A DNA stretch of 64,000 bases, from contig NC_092398.1 in the NCBI RefSeq assembly GCF_030028105.1, positions 16,434,182-16,498,181 of the forward strand, written 5' to 3'. Positions 53,101 through 64,000 of this stretch are shown piece by piece. This DNA comes from Mobula birostris. Its lineage: Eukaryota. Under the pieces are notes generated by a model. That model saw nothing but the letters and a program-made list of their open reading frames with translations, was not told the origin of the DNA and ran no database searches. How positions within the stretch are numbered: position 1 is the stretch's first letter; each line of letters opens with the position of its first letter. The translations under genes were made by a program, and so were the position numbers.

Positions 53101-53270
53101 AGTTGATTATTAAGGATCAGGCACATGATAAAATAAGGCTAGTTTTCATCAAAGGAAAATATTGCCTAACAAATCTGTTGGAATTCTTTGAAGAAATAAC
53201 AATCAGGACTGACAAAGGAGAGTCTGTTGTTGTGCACTTGGATTTTCAGAAGGCCTTTGAGAAAGTGCCA
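50180..53270 (+). mobile_element. CR1 LINEs: a younger copy (about 51198-53050, same subfamily as 2599-5780) among older CR1 fragments
   Basis: SPGPDGMYPR, QHGFVKGKSC, YMDFSKAFDKV, KFADDTK and LVRPHLEYC; TTTCTATGTTTCTA tail. Confidence 0.92.
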
Positions 53271-53570
53271 ATCATACACATCGGTAGCTGGACACAGATG
53301 ACGCTCACCTCGCTCGCTCGTAATTGCTCTGGAAAAGGCGGCTGTTTGAAATCGATTACGTCGATAGCACCAGTGGAGCCTTACAATAGGTGCAGCCGGT
53401 GCGGATCAAATCCAACAGTCGGTGGAGGACCCAGCTCCGATATTTCAGATTGTACACCCACCACTAAAACTGCGAGTTTCACACCAGCAGAGAATTTCAA
53501 TGCCAAATAATTAGTACAAAAATTTAATCCGAATCTGAGCCCTATCCCCCAGCTCATGATATCCGCAGAG

Positions 53571-53611
53571 CAGCCCTTTCACAGACTCTGTGAGCGGCTC
53601 TGAAAAGAGCC
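53571..53611 (-). promoter_or_regulatory. H2A 3' stem-loop (53596-53611) and HDE
   Basis: GGCTCTTTTCAGAGCC followed by GAAAGGGCTG. Confidence 0.93.
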
Positions 53612-53640
53612 GTTGGGTCACTGGTTCAGATTCTGTCTCT

Positions 53641-54123
<483 letters not shown>

Positions 54124-54789
54124 TTAAACAACTTTTCGTCTCATTAGAAAGAACAAGAGATCCAATCGGAGAGCTGCCTTATTCACCAATCAAGAAACAA
54201 CAGCAGAAGCGCGGAAAATAACCGCTACTCTCCTAAAATAAACTGAAATCTGAAACAGCCCGCCAAAATCCTTTGTTTAAACCTAATCTAAAATCAACTC
54301 ATACAGCTCCCTTTGTCGACTTGGTCCTTCCATTCACCCATTACTGAAGTCCGCCACATTGAATTTAAGTATAGCAATTATTGTAACAATATCTAGCGAT
54401 TCAATTCGCCGATTTCTTTCAACGAATAAACGTTCAGAACAAAAATCGATTGGCAAGTTCCGTTCGCTGTCAATGCATGAACCGCATCAGTTATAAATGA
54501 GTTTTTTTTTCAAACTGCGACTGGAGTTTAGCCTGCAGGTTTTGCAATGAAAAGGGGAACAAATGAAGTCAAAGTCAAATGGTAAATACATAAATGGGCA
54601 TATACTGGAGCAAACAATAGTGGGGTTAGAGGATTGGAAAAGAAAACTAAAGGCATGTCGATGGAATCGGAATGTAAGCTAACCAATAATACTACAGAGG
54701 AAAAGTTTCTTCAGAAATATAAAGAGTAAAAGAGAGGCAAGTGGCTGATGCTGTTCCACAAGGGTCTGTGTTGGGACCTATTCATGCTC

Positions 54790-57010
54790 TTTTTAATAGG
54801 AATCTCTTCCACTGCAGTATGATGAATAGCGTAACATAACCTTTTATTACAAAAATCGACATCATCCTCAACATTCAGCCCTGACAGACGTTCGTCACAT
54901 AAATCCTTAAACCTTTCCCAATTTGCTTTACCAAATTTTCACCTCTTAAAAGTGGCTTCCTGTCCCCTATAAATCCAAACCTAAGCTTATAAATATAGAA
55001 GAATGATCATTCCTCAATGTTTCATCTCCCATGACATCTCACTCACTCACTTCAGCTAGAATATTCAAAACTATAGTTAAACCTATAGCAGTTTCAGACT
55101 TATTATGAGCATTAAATCTCATAGCCCTCCCATCAATAAGGCACACACGATGGGAAATATCTAAAAATTCTTCTGCAAACCATTACCAGCATTCTGTGAA
55201 CAATCCCCACATCATACAACCCTTAGTGCGCAAAAGGTACATATACTTTTCAGCAAATCAAAGGTTTTCCACAAGGGTTGTAAAAACTTACCACTTAATA
55301 TCCCTAAACAACAGGAATTCCGCAGATGCTGGAAATTCAAGCAACACACATCAAAGTTGCTGGTGAACGCAGCAGGCCAGGCAGCATCTGATGAGTCCTG
55401 AGGAAGGGTCTCGACCTGCAACGTCCACTGTACCTCTTCCTAGAGATGCTGCCTGGCCTGCTGCATTCACCAGCAACTTCGATGTGTGTTACTTAATATC
55501 CCTACCTGCTGAATCAAATATTTCTGTTGTAAGTGCTTCACGCACTTCATTCACCTCAACAACTCTATATCCTTTCCCTTTCCTTATAAAACTTGCAATA
55601 CCAGCCCCTCTACCAATTAACCCATTACACCCAATTACAATATAATGTTGCAAAGAAAAACTTAAATGTGCTAACAGCCAGGATTTCTGAGTTCAAATAA
55701 CATCAGGTGGATTTGATAAATCAGAAATAAACTTCTTAAACTCTTGACCATTAGAAATCAGGATTCTCGCGTTCCACTGCAATATTCTTAATCCCATTAT
55801 GTACCTTCACAAGGAGACTGAAATACAGATACACCACCCATTAGAGCTTTATTTACAGTTTCCCACATAACACCAGTTATACAAAGTTTAATTTTACAAT
55901 TTTGATTTTCTCAGTACGACTAGATGTTTGAGCAATACAATTCACCGCATCTGTTATAAACATCACAAACTTTATTTTATTAACTAACAAAATATTTTTA
56001 GTAAGAGAACTATGATGCCAACATATAGCCTCTGACTTCAGATTCTGTTCTCTGACTGGTAGTTGATCAAATTTGTTTTAACTTTTGCAAGGCCTCTGAA
56101 TAAGACACACTTAACTGTACTTTAACGTTTTGAACTTCAGCTGCCTTCATAAGCATTTCACATTCTTTATAAGCTGCACTATGCTCTCCTACACAATTAC
56201 AAAAATTAAACTTCATGTCTTCACAATCTTCATACTTATGTTCCCCTCAACACTTGCTACATCTTAGTTTCCCATGGCATACTGCCACTCCATGCCCAAA
56301 CCTCTGAAATTTGTAAGATCTCAGCAGAGGTGGAAGATAAACTCGAAGATTATAACTAACATACCCCAAACAAACTTTATCAGGGAGTTTCACCACATTA
56401 AAATACATCAGTACAGATAATCTATCCACCCTGTTCACATTTCTGACTACTTGCAATCTCTTTTACCTCCTCAACTTTGCCTCCCAACAAATGAAAATTA
56501 ACCTTTGCTAATAAAATCTCCACCAGAATACCCATTATAACAGCCCTAATGCCTTTGTTTTCATTAGGCAACATAGATACTAGCTTTTTGCAAAGTAAAG
56601 TCTTCAATCATAATGCCTTCTCAAACTGTTTTCTTATCCTTACAAACGATTAACAGATTGCCTCTTCCTAAAGTACATATAGCAGATTTCAACCTTGTAG
56701 TTAATTTCATAGGATATAGAAGGATGTTCCGAGTCAAATTGAAACAATACAGTGTTTCCTTTTTCCCACCAAAAGACTCCGCCCTTCCTCTCCATCACTT
56801 GAAATCATTCCAATATTATGTTTCTTTTTTCCGTTTTCCAGATCTGGATAGTATTTCATTTTAACCTCCTCCCGCCAACCCACACTCACCCGAACCCATC
56901 ATTTGCGGTTCTTTACCCAGATCCTCCCCCTACCTGAACCTACACTATTTCCCAACATCCCCACAGAGTCACAGCCAGCGCCACCAATCGCGCTGCTGAG
57001 CCATAACAGT
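54790..57010 (-). mobile_element. 5' half of an I/Nimb-type LINE (ORF1 with CCHC knuckles and start of APE)
   Basis: QRFGHGVAVC...RCSKC.GEH and MGLRILQWNAR motifs. Confidence 0.75.
55307..55490. mobile_element. 184-bp hairpin mini-Penelope (inverted pLTR ends) with a degenerate hammerhead
   Basis: Inverted arms of the GCAACACACATCAAAGTTGCTGG terminus; 14-bp TSD ACTTAATATCCCTA at 55293 and 55491. Confidence 0.88.
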
Positions 57011-57039
57011 GGCAAGGCCAAGCCAACACCGACACTAGC

Positions 57040-59690
57040 GAAGAAGTTTTTCTTCTAACTTTTAATGGTGGTTGGCAACCCAACTTAAAGGTCCATTGCT
57101 GAGAGAAGTAGTTCTTCTTCTTCTATTTCAGGCTGTTTAGACGAAACTAGGCATATTACAGCCCTCTACAAGATGTATAATTAATTATAGAACTTCAAGA
57201 AACTCAAATTCTCGAATACAACCTAGTCTCACGTATAAACTGAATAACAGACTCTTCAATCAAATGTTGATTCTCTTGATGGCCAAACAAATATTTAATA
57301 GAAAACCAAAATAAATTTAAGCCAGATTGCCTCTTGAACAACATGCTTCTTTCAACTTTGTATGGATTACAGCTCAGCAAAACATGCTGGACTGTCTCTG
57401 GACTACCACAGTCACATAATCCAGTAGCATGTTTTCCTATTATCTTTAAATAATAGTTGAGCCCACAAAGCCCCAACCTAAGTCTTGTAAATTTCACCAC
57501 ATCTCTACGACTTAAAAGGTAACAGTCTGAGACCTTTTTAACTAGTGGGTGACTAGAAAAATAATGCCTGCCCCTTAATTCATTTTTCCAAACCTCCTGC
57601 TACTTCTTCTCTATACCTTTTTTAATCCTACTTCTCAATTCTGCTCTGCCTAAGGGAACTTTAATTTCTACTTGCCTGCTTTGTAAGGAAGACTTTGCAA
57701 TGACATCCACAATTTCATTTCCCTCCACCCCATCATGCCCAGGTAGCCATGAAAATCTAACTGCACAACCCAACTTCCCTACTCTAAAGAACACTAAGAG
57801 AATCTCAATAACTATGTCAGGACGAGCTTTTGATTTACTCCCTTTTATAGACTCTAAGGCAGCAGCAGAATCCAAACAGATGATAACCCTACATGGTCGA
57901 GAGTCTTCTATCCATCATAAGGCCCAGAGGCTTGCTAATAATTCTGTTGCAAAGACAGAAACACCATCTGTAACCCGGTGACTAAGTTGAGACACATACA
58001 TCTCAAATTCTGCCCTACTGCTCTCTGGGTCCACTGAGCCATCAGTAAAAATCTTCAGATAAGATTCCCATTTATTATTTAAATATTCATTTGTGATCAA
58101 TGCTGATGAAATTGCACTGCTTCCTTTCAGCTGAAAAAGGAGGAATAGGTCTACTTCTGGTTCTGGAAAGAGCCAAAAAGGGACGGGTGGTAAGCAAATT
58201 TGGTCCATTATGTCTTCCTCGGTCAGTTTCAATTTCACAGCCCAGTTATTAACCAAATCTAAAAATGTGTATCTTTTAATTTTACTTTGGTGCTCCGACT
58301 TCCCCTGCAAAAAAGACACTTTGATGGACAGCTGTGATTGAATCCATTCAGTTTTACCCAATACTGCAAGCCCAACTGAATTCATCTTAAATGCAGAGGC
58401 ACTTCTCCCATCTCCACACATCATGCCGGGACTGTTCTAAAAGATCCACAACAGAGTCTAACTGCTTTGGACTGCACAGTGCCTAGTTTTCCCAGCACTG
58501 TCGTAGCAGCGGAACCATAAACAATACAACCATAATCTATAACTGGTCTAATCATAGCTAGGTATATTAAGTACATAGTCTCCTGCCCTGCTCCCCAGTC
58601 GCATCCAGCAATACTTCTCATAACATTTAAAACTTTCTCACACTTTCCAATTGCTTTATCTATATGAACCCTCCAAGAAAGTCTTTCATCAAACCAAACA
58701 CGTAAGAACTTGAATACCTTGCTCTTTCCAGTGGAGAATCATATAGACACAATTCACAATCAGGAATTTTTCTTCTAAAGCCAAAAATCATGTATTTGGA
58801 CTTAGAAGCAGAAATCCTGAAACCCCATTTATTAGCTCAGTTTTCAACTGATCTTAAAGCCTTTTTTACCTGCATTAATATATACTTGATATTTCTTCCT
58901 CTTTTCCAGATTGCACCATCATCTGCAAACAATGATTTGCGAAATCCTGTCTCAACCTGATCAAAGATATCATTTATCATGACATTAAGAAGAACTGGAC
59001 TAATGACACTTCCTTGAGAGGTACCATTACCAATTTTAACTGACTTGGAGCTTGTTCCACCTATTCTTACTTGAACCGTCCTTTCCTTAAGGAAATCTTT
59101 GATCCAATTAAACATTCTACCTCTAATTCCCGCATCATAGAGTTTAATTAATAACTCATCCTTCCATAGTGAGTCATATGCTCTTTCAATATTTAGAAAT
59201 ACACTTAACATTACTTCTCTATTTTGAAACGCTTTTTTAATATCATGATCTAAAAGGGCAACAGATTCCATTTTTGAACTTCCAGTTCTAAAGCCATTTT
59301 GATAGGCAGCAAAATGTCCCTTATTTTCCAAAAAATAAACAAGTCTGTTCGTGACCATTCGTTCCATAGTTTTACAAAGCACTGACGTTAAAGCTATAGG
59401 CCAATACGAACTAGGACTTGAGGCGTCCTTATCTGACTTTAAAACTGGAATTACCACCGCATGCTTCCATTCTACTGGTAATTTTCCTTCTTTCCACACT
59501 GAATTAAACAATGCTAGAATTCCTATTAATACAGAGTCATCTAAATGCTTAAGCAATGCATAACACAGTCCATCCCTACCAGGAGAAGTGTTTGAACCTG
59601 ATTGAACAGCTTCCTGCAATTCCTGAAGGGAGAAAAACAAATTTCTGGAGCTATTATCATCCAAACTCCTGTCCAATTTCCAACTTAGAC
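57040..59690 (-). mobile_element. 3' half of an I/Nimb-type LINE (RT, RNase H, Cys/His motif)
   Basis: SPGRDG, QGSVISPVL, LFADD, IFTDGS, WLPGHDGVEGNE and GLCDCGSPETVQHVL. Confidence 0.92.
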
Positions 59691-60864
59691 AGAAGTAGCT
59701 TCCGCTCACGTTCCCCTTAAATATTTCACCTTTCACCCTTCACCTCTAGTTGTCGTCCCACTCAACCCCAGAGAAAAAAAACTGCTCTCATTTACCTTAT
59801 CTAGCTCCTCACAATTTTCTAGCTCTCACAAATCTCCCTTCAATCGTCCACGTTCCAATAAATAAAGTTCTAAACTATTCAATCTTTCCTTATACCTTGG
59901 GGCTAATGCGAAGGCGTGACGGTCATAGTTCGTTCTCAATATCACCCCTGCGCTCAGTGGACACAAGTCCTGGGAGAATCGGTAGCAGGACGTAACAGGG
60001 CTCTGGGTGGGGGATTATGAGCACCGGCGTCTGCACCATGACCCTGGGACAATCGCTGTGAGCCCGGACATGCCGTGGCCCAGAAGTCCGGAATAATCTC
60101 AGTTGTTTCCATCTTTTTCAGTGCCACGATCCGTACCCAGGCTCCGGGAAGCTTTTGCGGATGAGCGAAGGTACTCGCACCATTTCGCATGCGTATTGCT
60201 GGGGCACTGTGACAGATAGATCGGCCTCTCCTTTGTGGTGCTTTCTGGGTAGAGAGGCAGCCATGGGTGACACTTTCACCGATTTCCCCACCAGTCTGCA
60301 GTGCGTGTTTGGAAGCACGGACGGTGGAATGGAAGCGGGTGGTTCTGCCAGACAATGTCGTACTGCACCTATCCAAATCCAAGAATGAGTAACTCGTGAC
60401 AAAATATAGAGAATCGTCCCGTTAATGGAAATGATTCTGCTGCATGGAAAAAAGAATACAATCTTTCCATCGGCTTTAATTTTTGAGAAAATCACCTTTG
60501 TTCGAGCTCTTCTTCTGGACCTTTCTACCTGTGAGAACAAATTTTGCCCATCTCCTGGTACATAGGGGACATAATGGTATCAAACACCTTTGTCCTGGGT
60601 AACAAATGACCTGCAGCTTTCACATCACAGAAGTGCCACACTCCAATGAGAAATCCTGCTGCCCTCCTCTTCATATTCATTGGCATTGCCACTGATTAAT
60701 TTAACACTGTCAATCACCTGTGTGTGGGGGTGGGGGGTGGAGGGAAAGGGAATCAGATTAATTAGAAATTCTTAGGATTACCTGCTGTAACATAGAGACT
60801 AAAATTATTTCATCTGAGATGTCATCCTTCACACATCAATGTTTTTTTGTAATTCATTTTACAG

Positions 60865-62160
60865 GTTAGCAATGGCAAATAATTTGTGCAGGGGAATCTC
60901 AAACATAACAAAATGTTAGTTTTGCTGTCTCTGTCCAAATATTTAATGAGTGACCAAATATTTCTTCAGTAACGTCAATATATCTGGTATTGATCCTTGG
61001 AGACGACAAACCACCCTAGCTGGGAATGTTCTTTGTCTGTGAAATGAAAGTTTTCTATTGTAACTCAGTGAAATCATCTGGAACTAGGTACTGAGAACAC
61101 ACCAGCATTTGTTCACAAGTGATCAGTCTTTGAACTGGTTTTATTGTGCAAGGGATTCACTATGACATCTGACATGATGCATTGCCAGAGAATTAATAGA
61201 GAATTGTGGGAAGGGATTCACTCACTCATCCTGCCAGCGAGTTCACACTGGGGGGAGGCCATTAACCTGCTCAAATTGTGGGAAGGGATTCATTCAATAA
61301 TCTGACTGACAGAGACACCAGTGAGTTCACACTGGGGAGTGTCTGTTAACCTGCTCAGGATTCACTCAGTCATCCAACCTACAGAGACACCAGCAGTTTA
61401 CACTGGGAAGAGAGCATTCACCTGCTCACACAGTAAGAATGGATTCCCTCAAACATCAGACCTCTTGGCACACCAGCGAGTTCACACTGGAGAAAGGCCA
61501 TTCACCTGTTCTGAATGTGGGAAAGGATTCCGTCATCTCAGCTATTCGCACATAGTTGATCAGTTCACAATGAGGAGAGGTCATTCACCCGTTCAGACTG
61601 TGGGAAGGGATTCACTCAGTCATCTCAACTGAAGATACATCATCAAATTCACATTGGAGAGGAGAGTTTGACCTGATCAGACTGTGAGAAGGGATCCACA
61701 CAATTATGCAGAATACAGAGACACCAGCGAGTTCACATTGGGAAGAGACCACTCACCTGTTCTATATGGGCAAAGGGATTCACTCCATCATCCAGTCTAC
61801 AGAGACACCAGTCAGTTCACACTGAGGAGAAGCTGTTCACCTACTCTCTGAGGAAAAGGATTTACTCAGTCATCTCAATGACTGGCACACCAGTCAGTTC
61901 ACCCGGGGGAGACACCGTTCACCTGGTCTTATTGTTTGAAGGGATTTACGTACACAGCAGTCAGTTCACACTGGGAGAAACCAGTCACCCCAGATTGTGA
62001 GAAGGGAATCAGTCAGTAATTTGAACTGAAGCTACATCGGCAAGTTCACACTGGGAAGAAACCGTTTAACTGCTCTGAATGTGGGAAAGGGTTCAATCAC
62101 TCATCCCGCTTCAGGACACACTGACACATTACTGAGTTCACACTGAGGGAAAGGTTTAAA
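60865..62160 (+). pseudogene. C2H2 zinc-finger array pseudogene, inverted paralog of the 42-43 kb locus
   Basis: [20 protein letters not shown] repeats with stops and frameshifts. 60790-61080 matches the reverse complement of 43020-43320. Candidate acceptor TTTTACAG at 60864. Confidence 0.85.
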
Positions 62161-62999
62161 TAGGCTGCATGCTAGATATTTAACCATTACAGTAGTTGAA
62201 TCCAGCGGCAAGTTCAAAATTGACTGTTGGTGTTGAACTCTGCAATTATTGCTCCACTCCTAGTTCTACACTTAGTCACTGGGCATGGGAAGAATTTCTT
62301 CTGTCAATGTTTAATGGGACTGGAGTTTCAAATTCTGAATCTGTGACCAATATATCAGTTCTACTTTAAACTCTGTCTCAGATACCTAGTGAATCTACAA
62401 CACACCCAATGTACAGAAGGGACTCAACTCAGCCCATCCGCTCCCTGACAGTGTTTCTGTTCCCCAACAGTCCTTGTTAATCCACCCCTGCTGTTCACCG
62501 CCCCCCACTCTCCCTGTGGTGATGGATCACTAACAGAGGTTTCCCTTGTATTTCCTATATGAATTTCTGCAGACTGAAAATGACAACGAGCTGACTGCAG
62601 TTTTGTCCCACATGTTCTTCATCCCTCAGATTTCTTGGCTGAGTAAGACTGATATTGGTGGCTGACTTCTTCCTTCCCAGCTCTTTTCATTGTTATGGGA
62701 CCATTCCACTGCTTCCACTGAGTCTCACACAGCTGGGTTGATAGAATACTCCACGATCCACAAAAGTCTGAAAGCAGAATGGGGGACCAATTCAGTGAAA
62801 CAGAGTCACAAACCAGGGCTGTCTCAGCACAAGTGCTGAGCTTGGGGCTCCAGACAGCGGTAGGGGTAATGATGATGGGGGGGGGGGGTGACAACGGATT
62901 ACTGAACAGCAATATTTGGGAGCTGATTGACAGAGAAAATAAAACTAGCTTGACTGACTGCTGACTCACACAGTCCTGTTAACATTGAGTATATTAATT

Positions 63000-64000
63000 G
63001 TAAGTGTTTCTGTTACATTGTTAAGGATAATAGGATGATTTAGTAGGTGAACTCATGGCTGAGGAACTGGTGCAGGTGTTTACATTTATCAATCACTGGA
63101 ATCTCTTCAGGAGAAGGTACTACCTTTATAAAAGGGATGGGTTACACCTGAATCTGAGGGGAACCATTAATACTGCTGATAGGCTTACAAGAGCTGGTCA
63201 GAGGGTTTAAACTAATTTGTCAGTGGGATAGGAACTGGAGTCATCGTGCTGAGGATGAGGTAGTGGGTTTACAAATAGGGGCTGTGTGTAGAGAAACTAC
63301 TAGCTGGAGGGACTGATGAGAGGGCAAAATTGCAGTCAACAGGATGAGTTGCAATGTAAAATGTGGACAAAATTGGACTGAAAATACAGGACTGAAGGTA
63401 TTTTATTTGAATGTGTGCAATACATGGAATAAGGTAAATGAACTTATAGCACAGTTACATATTGGCATATATAATGTTGACATCAGAGAATTATGGCTAA
63501 AAGTAGATTATAGCTAATAGCTTAATATTTAAGGTTACTCATTGTATTGAAAAGAGAGACAGGTAGGCAGAGGGAGTGTTGTGGCTCTGTCAGTAAAATA
63601 AAATGTAATCAAATCATTAGACAGAGGTGGTATTGGGCTGGAAGGTGTTGAAGCATTGAGGGTAGAGTTTATAAGGTATGAGGATACAACCCCAAACAGA
63701 TAAGGTCTGTAAATTACAACAACAGATAAAAAGTACATATAAAAAAGGCAATGTTACAATAGTCATGAGTGAGTTCAATATACAGGTAGATTGGGAAAAT
63801 CAGTTTGGTGCTAGATCCAATGATTGGAAGTGGGGGAATTTCTAAAATACCTATAAGGTGTATTTTTTAGTGAAGCTCGTGGTTGAGCCCACTAAGGGAT
63901 GAACATTGCTGGATTTATGCACAGTGCAATGAACTGGATGTGTTTAGAGAGTTTAAGGTGGCGTTAGTGATCATAATATGATGGAATTCACCCTGAGATT
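63000..64000 (+). mobile_element. Old CR1 fragment (ORF1 end and APE start)
   Basis: YKRDGLHLN and LKVFYLNVCNTWNKVNEL-like motifs. Confidence 0.65.

Noticed and set aside
59954-60540. 142-aa and 140-aa minus-strand ORFs
   Set aside because: No recognisable domain; such frames are expected by chance in GC-rich sequence.

Overview
Eukaryotic, repeat-rich vertebrate DNA. The CR1, Penelope, Rex1 and Nimb repeat families and the KRAB-less C2H2 arrays suggest a cartilaginous fish such as a ray; this is an inference. The first ~40 kb is a decayed tandem segmental duplication of four units (starting about 1, 11686, 27960 and 34307). Each unit has a minus-strand H2A pseudogene and a minus-strand replication-dependent H2B gene with TATA/octamer/CCAAT promoter, 3' stem-loop and U7 HDE. 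Three H2B copies are intact and one is frameshifted. A fifth partial unit (53.5-54.5 kb) has the only full-length H2A, with four unusual core substitutions, and no H2B. No H3, H4 or H1 is visible. The rest is mobile DNA: CR1, Rex1/Babar, RTE and RNase H-bearing I/Nimb-type LINEs, a DD34E Tc1 element, Penelope-like elements with minimal hammerhead ribozymes (two inserted as hairpins), pieces of an LTR retroelement with a tRNA-Asn primer site, and two inverted C2H2 zinc-finger pseudogenes. Paralogous units supply empty sites that directly confirm several insertions. I found no clearly novel system. The best leads are the histone cassette asymmetry, the fragmented ERV, the ribozyme hairpins and a shared insertion site. 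All alignments were done by eye and many TE boundaries are approximate.
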